Shown here: one piece after another, positions 1 through 9,483 of the stretch | Position numbering within the stretch: position 1 is the stretch's first letter | Layout of the letters: the number at the start of each line of letters is the position of its first letter | Assembly (NCBI GenBank): GCA_963693055.1 | Contig: OY843751.1 | Coordinates: forward strand, 4,800,001 to 4,864,000 | Direction of reading: 5' to 3' | Length of the DNA: 64,000 nucleotides | Source of the DNA: a bacterium | GTDB lineage: Bacteria; Zhuqueibacterota; Zhuqueibacteria; Residuimicrobiales; Krinioviventaceae | Position numbers and translations under genes: made by a program | Notes under the pieces: model-generated | Databases searched by the model: none | What the model saw: only the letters and a program-made list of their open reading frames with translations | Told to the model about the DNA's origin: nothing

Positions 1-723
1 GTTGAATATTTCAGGATTCTTGCTAAAATTCTCTCCAAGTACTGCAACATTAAAATCCAAACCTGCTTTATTCAAATCAAATAAACACTCAAAAAATCCA
101 TCCGGATTTTTATCAAATTCCCATCGATGGTTCCACAAGATCAAAGGTTTGTCTTTACTTAACCCATCAGGTTTGAATGCATCAAATTTTTGCAGATCAA
201 GCCCCAAAGACAATACCTCTGCTTTTTCTTTGATCTCATCAATACTGCGCAGTTCATTATAATCCGGAAAATGCTTTAAAAATCCAGGCAATTCAGCTAA
301 AAAACTGTCACAATTGAACCGCGAATTAAAAAATACCCTGTCAGCAGCAAGTGCTGAAGCATAATTGATGAACCCATAATGCCGGTCTCGTTTGTATTTC
401 ACATCCCGGTCATCGGGAGACCACGGGTAAACCAACTGGTTCTCATGACAATATAATGCAACCGGAATATGGGATGTTTGTTTGCGGGTCAGCGCTAAAA
501 AGGTTGAAAGGTCCAGCATGTCTGTTGCTAAAATGAGATCAGGTTTCAACTTTTGTTCTATAAATTGACGCGCCAGCGTAACCGCACCGCCGTGCATTCG
601 CCATTTCCAGAACTGTCCTTTCATAGACAGAATCTCAATCTTGTGCGAACTGTAATGCTGCAATCCTTTGGCCCAGTCTGCATGAGATCCGGTAAAATAG
701 GGTTCAATTAATAAAATATCCAA
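1..723 (-). CDS. DUF3524 / GTDC1-like GT-B glycosyltransferase (runs off the window edge; not in the ORF track)
   Basis: Manual translation from TTG at 723: MDILLIEPYFTGSHADWAKGL...WKWRMHGGA...HENQLVYP...ILWNHRWEFDKNPD, motifs typical of DUF3524/GTDC1; frame stays open to position 1. Confidence 0.85.
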   Translation of the reverse strand, partial: MDILLIEPYFTGSHADWAKGLQHYSSHKIEILSMKGQFWKWRMHGGAVTLARQFIEQKLKPDLILATDMLDLSTFLALTRKQTSHIPVALYCHENQLVYPWSPDDRDVKYKRDRHYGFINYASALAADRVFFNSRFNCDSFLAELPGFLKHFPDYNELRSIDEIKEKAEVLSLGLDLQKFDAFKPDGLSKDKPLILWNHRWEFDKNPDGFFECLFDLNKAGLDFNVAVLGENFSKNPEIFN

Positions 724-1058
724 AATCAATCCTTAATAAATTTTAAAATCAATAGTAAGGTATATAACATAGAGCATTAAAAACAAAAATCAAAGTCTGA
801 TTTATTTTTTTTTATTATCTGGCAATTTTTAATTCCAGATAATACGTATCAACCCAATTGATTACGAATACAGGAATAAGAATTCCACCCTTCGTGTTAT
901 AAAAGCCGAATTCGGAGGTGCTATTTTCAAAATGAAATATTTTACAGAAATAACTGTTTATTGACAGATTATTTTTCTCCAAAGCACTTGAACCGGTTCA
1001 AATTCTTTATAAACAATTCATACAGAATCATAAACCTTAGATTCGACAAGGAGTTATA

Positions 1059-2210
1059 ATGAAAATCGCAGTCCCCAAAGAGATCATTGCCGGCGAAGAG
1101 CGGGTAGCCCTTGTTCCCGCTGTTGTCGGAAAACTGGTAAAATCGGAATACAATGTTGCTGTCGAAACCGGAGCCGGTACAGCATCCGGTTATACGGACG
1201 AGCAATATAAAGAAGCGGGAGCTTCTATTGCCAACTCTGTTTCCGAGGTATATAACGGGGCCAATGTTGTTCTCAAAGTTCGTCCTCCGGTAGAACACCC
1301 CACGGAAAAGAAACACGAAGCCGAGCTCATGCCGGATGGCTCTTTGCTGATCAGCTTTTTAGAAATACTTAGAAACCCCGCAATTGCTGAAACATTGGCA
1401 AAAAACAAGGTCAATTCTCTGAGCATGGATACGGTTCCCCGTATCAGCCGCGCCCAAAGCATGGATGCACTGTCTTCTCAGGCATCTGCCGCCGGCTATA
1501 AAGCCGTATTGATCGCTGCTGAAAACTCGCACAAATTCTTTCCCATGCTTACCACTGCCGCAGGTACCATCCCTCCTGCCAAAGTTTTTGTCATTGGTGC
1601 AGGTGTTGCCGGTTTGCAGGCCATTGCCACAGCAAAGCGCCTGGGCGCCACCGTAGAAGGATTTGATATTCGCCCCGCAGCCAAAGGTGAAGTGGAAAGT
1701 CTGGGTGCCAAATTCGTAGAGGTAGACCTGGGTGAATCTACAGAAGCAGGCGGCGGTTACGCCAAAGAAGTGTCCGAAGAAGCAAAAAAGAAAGAACACG
1801 AAGCAGTACATAAACATGTAGCCATGTCCGACATTGTTATTACCACTGCTGCGGTGCCCGGTAAAAAAGCGCCCCTGCTGGTTACTGCAGATATGGTTAA
1901 AGATATGAAACCCGGCAGCGTCATTGTTGATATGGCAGTTGAACAAGGCGGCAATGTTGAAGGCTCAAAACCCGGTGAAATAGTTGAATTAAATGGTGTT
2001 AATATCATTGGGCCGGTAAACCTGCCAAGTAAAATGTCAATTCATACCAGCATGATGTATGCTAAAAATATCACATCGTTGTTGAACCTGCTTCTCAAGG
2101 AAGGTGAGGTTGTATTTGACTTTGAAGATGAGATCATCAAAGACAGTTGTATAACCCACAACGGTGAGATTGTTCACGAAAAAACCAGACAGTTATTATC
2201 AAATGCATAA
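1059..2210 (+). CDS. pntAA: NAD(P) transhydrogenase subunit alpha part 1 (domain I)
   Basis: ERRVALVP, RISRAQSMDALSS, GAGVAGLQA Rossmann motif, GGGYAK loop; SD AAGGAG. Confidence 0.95.
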   Translation: MKIAVPKEIIAGEERVALVPAVVGKLVKSEYNVAVETGAGTASGYTDEQYKEAGASIANSVSEVYNGANVVLKVRPPVEHPTEKKHEAELMPDGSLLISFLEILRNPAIAETLAKNKVNSLSMDTVPRISRAQSMDALSSQASAAGYKAVLIAAENSHKFFPMLTTAAGTIPPAKVFVIGAGVAGLQAIATAKRLGATVEGFDIRPAAKGEVESLGAKFVEVDLGESTEAGGGYAKEVSEEAKKKEHEAVHKHVAMSDIVITTAAVPGKKAPLLVTADMVKDMKPGSVIVDMAVEQGGNVEGSKPGEIVELNGVNIIGPVNLPSKMSIHTSMMYAKNITSLLNLLLKEGEVVFDFEDEIIKDSCITHNGEIVHEKTRQLLSNA

Positions 2211-2224
2211 GAAAGGAAAGTTGT

Positions 2225-2509
2225 ATGCCTGAACAATTATTAATGGGTATAACCGTTTTTGTGTTAGCCATGTTTGTCGGCTTTGAAGTTATAACCAAAG
2301 TGCCGCCAACGTTGCATACACCACTCATGTCTGGTGCAAATGCAATTTCCGGTATTGCCATAATTGGTGCGCTGTTGGTTACAGGCCGCACAGATTTTTA
2401 TCTTGAACTTGTACTAGGTGTAGTTGCTGTTGTTTTTGCCACCATAAATGTTGTGGGTGGTTTTCTTGTTACAGACCGAATGTTGCAAATGTTTAAAAAG
2501 AAAAAGTGA
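2225..2509 (+). CDS. pntAB: NAD(P) transhydrogenase subunit alpha part 2
   Basis: VPPTLHTPLMSGANAISG, NVVGGFLVTDRML. Confidence 0.95.
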   Translation: MPEQLLMGITVFVLAMFVGFEVITKVPPTLHTPLMSGANAISGIAIIGALLVTGRTDFYLELVLGVVAVVFATINVVGGFLVTDRMLQMFKKKK

Positions 2510-2519
2510 GAAATAAATT

Positions 2520-3920
2520 ATGGATGGTTTATCAACGTTTATTACCCTGTCCTATTTGTTATCAGCCGCGCTGTTTATATTAGGACTCAAGTATATGAGT
2601 TCTCCGGCAAGTGCCCGCCGGGGAAACCTGTTGGCCGCAATTGCCATGTTTATTGCGATTGTTGTAACTTTGCTCGATCGACAAATCCTTAGCTACTCCT
2701 GGATCATTGTCGGTATTATTATCGGTTCCGTCATTGGAGCTGTTGCCGCCCGTCTTGTAAAAATGACAGCAATGCCTGAAATGGTTGGTATTTTTAATGG
2801 ATTTGGCGGTGGCGCCTCTGCACTGGTTGCGATTGCAGAATTTATTCGCTTAACCGCAGAGCCTAACCCTGTGATCCCTATGGATATTTCAATCACCACA
2901 ATCCTGGGTGTTATAATTGGTGGTATTACTTTTAGCGGCAGCTTTATTGCCTGGGGTAAACTGGCAGGCTTTATCTCCGGTTCTCCTATTACTTTTCCAT
3001 TACAAAAAGTAGTCAGCTCGCTGGTAATGGCTGCAGCAGTGGTTATTTCTGTTTATATCATTGGCTGGGTACCCGACATTGTATTGTTCTATGTGATCAT
3101 TGGTTTATCATTACTCTATGGTGTTCTGCTGGTAATCCCAATCGGTGGTGCAGATATGCCGGTTGTGGTTTCGCTGTTAAACTCTTTTTCAGGTCTGGCA
3201 GCTTGTGCCGCCGGATTTGTAGTGGGCAACAATATTCTCATCATTGCGGGTTCTCTTGTTGGCTCCGCAGGTTTAATATTAACCCAGATCATGTGTAAAG
3301 CCATGAACCGTTCACTTACCAATGTTCTCTTTAGTGCATTTGGTACAGGCGACATGGCCGCAGGCAGCACAGAAGCAGGCGGCGACAAATCGGCTCACTC
3401 GGTTGATGCTGAAGAAGCGTCTATGGTTATTGGTTATGCCCAGTCCGTTATCATTGTTCCGGGTTATGGTATGGCCGCTGCTCAGGCACAACATGCTGTA
3501 CGTGAACTTACAGAGCTGCTTGAAAGCCGGGGAGTTGAAGTAAAATTTGCTGTGCACCCCGTTGCCGGACGTATGCCTGGCCATATGAACGTATTACTGG
3601 CAGAAGCAAATGTTCCTTATAATTTGCTGCACGATATGGATGATATCAATCCTGAATTCCCACATACAGATGTTGTATTGGTTATTGGCGCGAATGATGT
3701 TATTAATCCCGCCGCGCGAGAAGACAAGTCCAGTCCCATATATGGAATGCCAATTCTGGATGTTGACAAGGCCCGTAATGTGATCATAATCAAACGTAGT
3801 TTGAATCCGGGATTTGCCGGTATCGACAATGAACTATTTTACGATTCCAAAACGCTCATGTTTTTTGGAGGTGCACGTCAGGCAGTTCAGGAAATTGTAA
3901 GCGAAGTAAAAAAATTATAA
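2520..3920 (+). CDS. pntB: NAD(P) transhydrogenase subunit beta
   Basis: PIGGADMPVV, CKAMNRS, HPVAGRMPGHMNVLLAEA, GANDV. Confidence 0.97.
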   Translation: MDGLSTFITLSYLLSAALFILGLKYMSSPASARRGNLLAAIAMFIAIVVTLLDRQILSYSWIIVGIIIGSVIGAVAARLVKMTAMPEMVGIFNGFGGGASALVAIAEFIRLTAEPNPVIPMDISITTILGVIIGGITFSGSFIAWGKLAGFISGSPITFPLQKVVSSLVMAAAVVISVYIIGWVPDIVLFYVIIGLSLLYGVLLVIPIGGADMPVVVSLLNSFSGLAACAAGFVVGNNILIIAGSLVGSAGLILTQIMCKAMNRSLTNVLFSAFGTGDMAAGSTEAGGDKSAHSVDAEEASMVIGYAQSVIIVPGYGMAAAQAQHAVRELTELLESRGVEVKFAVHPVAGRMPGHMNVLLAEANVPYNLLHDMDDINPEFPHTDVVLVIGANDVINPAAREDKSSPIYGMPILDVDKARNVIIIKRSLNPGFAGIDNELFYDSKTLMFFGGARQAVQEIVSEVKKL

Positions 3921-3942
3921 AACCTCAACATACCCAACTCGA

Positions 3943-3972
3943 GAAAAAAGCCGGCCCTGCCCGGCTTTTTTT
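3943..3972 (+). terminator. Rho-independent terminator after pntB
   Basis: aaaaaagccgg-ccctgc-ccggctttttt hairpin with U tract. Confidence 0.85.
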
Positions 3973-4120
3973 CTGCCACCATTCCGCCAAAATGGCGCAC
4001 GTCATTTTGACAAAAATACGACTATCTGGCACAATATCTGCCAACCCATACAAGCCCCCAAGAAAGCATCACTTAGCACAAGTCGTTGTTTACATAAATC
4101 TTATGTATGCATTATATTTT

Positions 4121-4137
4121 TTGGCACGCAAGTTGTA
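4121..4137 (+). promoter_or_regulatory. Putative sigma-54 (-24/-12) promoter of hsp20
   Basis: TTGGCACGCAAGTTGTA (GG-N10-GT), about 55 nt upstream of the ATG; a second GG-N10-GC candidate at 4027-4041. Confidence 0.5.
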
Positions 4138-4191
4138 TAATAGCCGAGTAGAAAACGAAACATATATAAAATTAATATAAAGGAGAACATT

Positions 4192-4629
4192 ATGTATCTA
4201 GTAAGACGTAACAACCCGGCAAGCAATTTCCCACATAGTTTTGATCGTTTCTTTGAAGATTTTTGGAATGCACCCGCAGCACGTGATTATGATCAGGATT
4301 CTGTTGTATGGTCACCTCGCGTAGATGTTAAAGAAACCAAAGATGCTTATGAAGTATTGGCAGACTTGCCAGGATTGCAAAAAGAAGATATTTCTATTTC
4401 ACTGCACAACGATGTTTTAACTCTGAAAGGTGAGCGGAAATACAAAGATGAGAAAGAAGATGAAAACAGCTATTACGCTGAACGTTCTTATGGAAGCTTT
4501 TGCAGATCGTTCCAATTGCCCGCAAAAGTGAATACAGATAGTGTAAATGCAGAATACAAAGATGGTGTTTTGCACTTGTCAATCCCCAAAGCTGAAGAAG
4601 CTAAACCCCGCGATATTCAAATCAAATAG
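4192..4629 (+). CDS. Small heat shock protein, Hsp20/alpha-crystallin family
   Basis: PRVDVKE, DLPG, ERSYGSFCRSFQLP, AEYKDGVL, C-terminal IQIK motif; SD AAGGAG. Confidence 0.95.
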   Translation: MYLVRRNNPASNFPHSFDRFFEDFWNAPAARDYDQDSVVWSPRVDVKETKDAYEVLADLPGLQKEDISISLHNDVLTLKGERKYKDEKEDENSYYAERSYGSFCRSFQLPAKVNTDSVNAEYKDGVLHLSIPKAEEAKPRDIQIK

Positions 4630-4633
4630 CCTC

Positions 4634-4659
4634 AAGCCCCCGAAAGGGGGCTTTTTTTT
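4634..4659 (+). terminator. Rho-independent terminator after hsp20
   Basis: aagcccc-cgaaag-ggggctt followed by T run. Confidence 0.9.
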
Positions 4660-4687
4660 GCACAAATTCTAAATTAATTCATTTTTT

Positions 4688-4717
4688 TTGAATCTTTTTG
4701 ATTTTAAATCCATCAAA
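4688..4717 (+). promoter_or_regulatory. Putative ECF-sigma promoter of the Otr/YeeE operon
   Basis: TTGAATC-N16-CATCAAA; the same motif occurs at 45339-45368 on the minus strand. Confidence 0.5.
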
Positions 4718-4727
4718 CAATTGAAAT

Positions 4728-4745
4728 CTGTAAAAATATTCACAG
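4728..4745. promoter_or_regulatory. Rex-like palindromic operator
   Basis: CTGTAAA-AATA-TTCACAG, 11/14 match to TTGTGAA-N4-TTCACAA. Confidence 0.35.
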
Positions 4746-4840
4746 CTTTATAGAAACGTGTGTTTTTTTAACGATTTTATATTATATTCATGTATTCTGG
4801 GTCATGAATCACAAAACTATCAGAAAGAATCGGAACAAAA

Positions 4841-6277
4841 ATGAAGAAAAAAGCATTAACATCCCTATCGATCTTGCTGACAATTATCATTGTCATTACA
4901 ATCCCGGTAATCTGGTTGCTAAATCCATCAACAGATAAAAAAGATGCCTGGGCCAATGTACCGAAAAAATTACCACAAACCAATCATGCCGATCTTTTGA
5001 AAGGACCCTTTAAAGACGGGCCCTCTGTAACCCGGGCGTGTTTGGAGTGTCATCCTGATGCCGGCGATCAGGTTATCCACTCTGCTCATTTTACATGGGA
5101 AAGCCCGGCAATAAAACTACCCGGTAGAGATGAGCCGGTTGTTTTGGGCAAAAAGCACGCAATGAATAACTTTTGCATTGGCATTACTTCAAACTGGCCC
5201 CCTTGCACCGCCTGCCATACCGGTTACGGCTGGGAGGACGATTCTTTTGACTTTACCAATCAGGAACTCATCGATTGCCTGGTCTGTCACGACCATTCAG
5301 GCCAGTATGTAAAAAGCAAAGGCGGGTACCCGGCACCGGATGTAGATCTTGTTGCTGTAGCCAAAAGTGTGGGTCCCACAACCCGAGACAACTGTGGCGG
5401 TTGTCACTTTAGAGGTGGTGGTGGTAATGCAGTAAAACATGGTGATTTGGATGAAAGTCTCTACAATCCCAGCGAGAATATCGATATCCACATGGGAAAA
5501 CATAACTTTTTATGTACCGATTGTCACCAGACCGAAAACCATAATATTAGAGGCCGATCCATATCTGTAAGTGCTGACAATGAGAATCAGGTTTATTGTA
5601 CAGATTGCCATGACCAAAAGACGCACAAAGATGAACGCATTAATACACATACAGCTTCGGTTGCCTGCCAGACTTGTCACATTCCTCATGCCGCAGTCAA
5701 AGAAGCAACCAAAATGCATTGGGACTGGTCTGAAGCAGGTAAAGATTTACCAGAAAATCCTCATGAATATTTAAAGATCAAAGGTCGTTTTGTATATGAA
5801 AAAAACATTCAACCCGATTATTTCTGGTTTAATGGAAATGCCAAACATTACGTAATGGGAGACAAAATAGATCCCACTCAACCCACATTGATGAACGAAC
5901 CGGATGGCAGCATCAAAGATCCCAATGCCAAAATCTGGCCGTTTAAACTACATACCGCTAAACAAATTTATGACCCGGTTAACAATTATTTACTGGTCCC
6001 CAAAACTTTTGGTAAGGGCGGTTTCTGGACTGAATTTGACTGGCAAAAAGCCGCAGAACTGGGTTCCGAAGCAACAGGTCTTGATTACAGCGGCCAATTT
6101 GGATTTACCAATACGGTCATGTTCTGGCCCATAACCCATATGGTGGCATCAAAAGACAAGGCATTGCAATGTATTGATTGTCACGGAGAAAGTGAAAATA
6201 CAAGAATGAACTGGTCTGCGTTGGGTTACGATGGCGACCCCATGTTGACTGGTGGAAGAAAAAATAAAAATCTATAA
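4841..6277 (+). CDS. otr: Octaheme tetrathionate reductase (Otr) family c-type cytochrome
   Basis: N-terminal membrane anchor; 8 CXXCH motifs (CLECH, CTACH, CLVCH, CGGCH, CTDCH x2, CQTCH, CIDCH); Otr motifs GKKHAMNNFC, GYGW, GGGGNAVKHGDL. Confidence 0.9.
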   Translation: MKKKALTSLSILLTIIIVITIPVIWLLNPSTDKKDAWANVPKKLPQTNHADLLKGPFKDGPSVTRACLECHPDAGDQVIHSAHFTWESPAIKLPGRDEPVVLGKKHAMNNFCIGITSNWPPCTACHTGYGWEDDSFDFTNQELIDCLVCHDHSGQYVKSKGGYPAPDVDLVAVAKSVGPTTRDNCGGCHFRGGGGNAVKHGDLDESLYNPSENIDIHMGKHNFLCTDCHQTENHNIRGRSISVSADNENQVYCTDCHDQKTHKDERINTHTASVACQTCHIPHAAVKEATKMHWDWSEAGKDLPENPHEYLKIKGRFVYEKNIQPDYFWFNGNAKHYVMGDKIDPTQPTLMNEPDGSIKDPNAKIWPFKLHTAKQIYDPVNNYLLVPKTFGKGGFWTEFDWQKAAELGSEATGLDYSGQFGFTNTVMFWPITHMVASKDKALQCIDCHGESENTRMNWSALGYDGDPMLTGGRKNKNL

Positions 6278-6294
6278 ACTATAAAGGATTCGCA

Positions 6295-8928
6295 ATGCTA
6301 AGCAAACGCTTTATATTTTTCACAGTCTTATTCACACTACTGACAGGCCAGGTTTTTTCCGAATCCCTTCACCCGGATGTAAAGTTGCTTGACCAAAACG
6401 GGAACCCTGTAATTTCCAGTGATTTACCTGTATCAACCATAAAAACCTGTGGAACCTGTCACGATGCTGAATACATTGCATCAAACAGCTATCACAGTAC
6501 TGTTGGTTTTGATAAAAATGCTGACGATGAAACTATTGATCCCGGCTTCTTTAACAATTGGGACCCTGTCATCTACCATCGTATGATGAATGATGAACTC
6601 AAAAATGGTAACCTGGGGCTTGCAAACTGGGTCATGACCTATGGTAAAAGACACGTAGGTGGCGGCCCGGCTGAATTCAACCAGTCAATGAAAAAATTGA
6701 ACGCACCCAATGCTCAATCAAGCAACACTGAAAGTCACTGGCTCAATCCCGAAACCAAAACAATAGAACCCTGGAATTGGCAAAACTCGGGAATTGTTGA
6801 AATGAACTGTTTTCTATGCCATACTCCAAATCCAGACAACCAGGCAAGAATGGATGCGCTTGAACAAGGTCACTTTAAATGGGCAAACACGGCAACATTA
6901 ACAGGTATTGCGATTAAAAATGGTGACCATTATCGCTACAATACCAACAGTATAAATCCGGATGGCACGGTAAAACGATCTGTTTTTCAGGTTACCGATC
7001 CATCGAATGAAAATTGCGGTCTCTGTCATGGACTGGTTAAAGACGATGAATCTCACCCTGTTGTGCTTACCGAATGTACTCCAGAAAATTGGTCTACTAT
7101 GACTACCGGACAGATTTTCTCACCGCAACGGATATCTGACAGTGGTTTGAATCTTGAAAATAAATCAGAGCTGGCTTATGCCTGGGATGTGCATGCGGAA
7201 AGACTTGTAAATTGTGTGGATTGCCATTTTTCAATCAACAATCCCATCTATTATCAGGAATCTGCACTTACACGGCCCGCACACCTGAATTTTGATGCAC
7301 GCCGGATGGATATTGATGATTACCTGTTAAGACCCAGTCACGACTTTGCATTCGGACCCGGCAACCATAATCCTGAAAGCAATACTTTTAGCAACAATAT
7401 GAGAAGATGCGAGTCTTGCCATAATATTGAGGCAACACACGATTGGTTACCATACAAAGAAAGACATATGCAAACCATGACTTGTGAATCCTGCCACATC
7501 CCTCATATTCGTTCAACTGCCAAACAAACTGTTGACTGGACAATGATCCACCCCGATGGTACACCAAGAACCGAATGCAGAGGTACAGATGCATCGGCCC
7601 CTAACAGCAACACATTGTTAAAAGGATACCAGCCCGTACTTTTGGGACGCATTGAACCGGATGGAAGCTCACGTCTTGCCCCCTATAACCTGATCACCTC
7701 TTGGTTTTGGGTACAGGGTGAAAAAGAAGCGCCTGTATTGTTGAGCGACCTGAAAAAAACGCTGTTAAATGGCAATGATTTTGATCCTCAGGTTGTTAAG
7801 TACCTGGATGCGAATCAAAATGGGTCTCTTGAAGACAGTGAAATGGTGTTAAACTCGGCTGAAAAAATAGATTTTATCAAATCCCGACTTTCATCTATAG
7901 GCTTGATAAATGTTGCAATCAAAGGTGAGGTGAATCCTTACGGACTACACCACAACGTTACGCATGGTGACTGGACAACCCGTACATGTGAATCCTGTCA
8001 CAGTAACAAATCTAAAATTTCTCAGCCCATGGTTCTTGCAAGCAGCTTTCCCCCGGTTGTTCCGCAAATGATAAATCGTGGTTCAATAATCCCCAAAGGC
8101 AAAGTAATCACAAAAAATAAAGTGCTGGTCTTTAAACCAGCGCCGGACAGAAATGGATACTATATTTTGGGTCACGACAAAAGTCTGGTTGCGCAAATAA
8201 TTGGCGCCTTGATATTTATATCAGTTATTATAGGAATAACCATTCATGCAACTTTGCGTGTAATTGCAACGGCAAAACACAAACATGAAAAAGGTCCCTT
8301 TAAAAGTATTTACATGTACACGGTATATGAAAGATTCTGGCATTGGATGCAGGCAATAGCCATTATTGGTTTAATTTTTACTGGCTTGACTATCCATTCT
8401 CCATTGATATTCAAGTTTATGCCCTTCCATGTTGCGGTAATTATTCACAATGTACTGGGTTTTATTTTACTGGGTAATGCATTTTTAGCTGCTTTTTATC
8501 ATTTTTCAAGTGGTAAAATCAAAAACTATTTGCCCGAACCTAAAGGGTTTTTCAGTCAGGCTATAGATCAGACCCTGTTCTACATCAAGGGCATTTTCAA
8601 AGGTCAGCCTCACCCCTTTGAAAAAGATGTTGATAAAAAACTGAATCCGTTACAAAAGATAACCTATCTTATTATATTAAATGCATTGCTGCCAATTCAA
8701 ATCATTACCGGCATTCTGATATGGGGAGCACAAAGATGGCCGGCATTGGCAGAATCGTTGGGTGGCCTGCTAATATTGGTTCCTATACATTCACTTGTTG
8801 CATGGTTCTTTGCTGCTTTTCTCATGCTGCATATATATTTAACCACTACCGGTTACACAGCTACATCTGCTATTCAGGCGATGATAATCGGATGGGAAAA
8901 AGTTCATACAAATCATAATGGAGATTAA
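6295..8928 (+). CDS. Heptaheme c-type cytochrome fused to a C-terminal HyaC/FdnI-type cytochrome b
   Basis: Signal peptide; 7 CXXCH (CGTCH, CFLCH, CGLCH, CVDCH, CESCH x3); membrane domain with YERFWHW, NPLQKITY and His ligands. Confidence 0.85.
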   Translation: MLSKRFIFFTVLFTLLTGQVFSESLHPDVKLLDQNGNPVISSDLPVSTIKTCGTCHDAEYIASNSYHSTVGFDKNADDETIDPGFFNNWDPVIYHRMMNDELKNGNLGLANWVMTYGKRHVGGGPAEFNQSMKKLNAPNAQSSNTESHWLNPETKTIEPWNWQNSGIVEMNCFLCHTPNPDNQARMDALEQGHFKWANTATLTGIAIKNGDHYRYNTNSINPDGTVKRSVFQVTDPSNENCGLCHGLVKDDESHPVVLTECTPENWSTMTTGQIFSPQRISDSGLNLENKSELAYAWDVHAERLVNCVDCHFSINNPIYYQESALTRPAHLNFDARRMDIDDYLLRPSHDFAFGPGNHNPESNTFSNNMRRCESCHNIEATHDWLPYKERHMQTMTCESCHIPHIRSTAKQTVDWTMIHPDGTPRTECRGTDASAPNSNTLLKGYQPVLLGRIEPDGSSRLAPYNLITSWFWVQGEKEAPVLLSDLKKTLLNGNDFDPQVVKYLDANQNGSLEDSEMVLNSAEKIDFIKSRLSSIGLINVAIKGEVNPYGLHHNVTHGDWTTRTCESCHSNKSKISQPMVLASSFPPVVPQMINRGSIIPKGKVITKNKVLVFKPAPDRNGYYILGHDKSLVAQIIGALIFISVIIGITIHATLRVIATAKHKHEKGPFKSIYMYTVYERFWHWMQAIAIIGLIFTGLTIHSPLIFKFMPFHVAVIIHNVLGFILLGNAFLAAFYHFSSGKIKNYLPEPKGFFSQAIDQTLFYIKGIFKGQPHPFEKDVDKKLNPLQKITYLIILNALLPIQIITGILIWGAQRWPALAESLGGLLILVPIHSLVAWFFAAFLMLHIYLTTTGYTATSAIQAMIIGWEKVHTNHNGD

Positions 8929-8934
8929 TAATAA

Positions 8935-9465
8935 ATGAAAACCAACCAAATTGAAAACGGAAAACCGTATATGAATCCCTATCTTGCAGGCACCCTGCTT
9001 GGGATCGTACTCTTTTTAGCGTTTTTCATTACAGGGAACGGATTGGGTGCATCGGGTGGTATTAATAGAATCCTACTCTATCTGGAAGACGCGGTAGCTC
9101 CAGCTCATGTAGACCGTGTACCCTATCTTTTAAGCATGGCCGGTGGAGATAAAAACCCACTAGATCACTGGATCGTCTTTTTAACCATAGGCACCTTGCT
9201 GGGAGGTTTTATATCCGGTTTAATCCATAAACGGGTAAAGTTGAAAACAGCCAAAGGCCCCAATATCACCAACTGGCAGCGCTGGGTTTTAGCGTTTGCG
9301 GGAGGTATATTTATGGGGTATGGCGCCAGAATGGCCAGAGGTTGTACTTCGGGTCAGGCACTCTCCGGAGGAGCGGTCTTGTCCGCCGGAAGCTGGGCGT
9401 TCATGTTTGCGGTTTTTGCAGGCGGTTACGCGGCTGCATGGTTTGTTAGAAAAATCTGGAATTAA
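8935..9465 (+). CDS. YeeE/YedE sulfur-compound transporter (half-size)
   Basis: NPYLAG, GLGASG, GARMARGCTSGQ. Confidence 0.9.
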   Translation: MKTNQIENGKPYMNPYLAGTLLGIVLFLAFFITGNGLGASGGINRILLYLEDAVAPAHVDRVPYLLSMAGGDKNPLDHWIVFLTIGTLLGGFISGLIHKRVKLKTAKGPNITNWQRWVLAFAGGIFMGYGARMARGCTSGQALSGGAVLSAGSWAFMFAVFAGGYAAAWFVRKIWN

Positions 9466-9483
9466 AAAAGGACGGATAATAAA

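Noticed and set aside
4073-4100. CIRCE element upstream of hsp20
   Set aside because: Only the TTAGCAC half is present; there is no GAGTGCTAA arm at 9-nt spacing.
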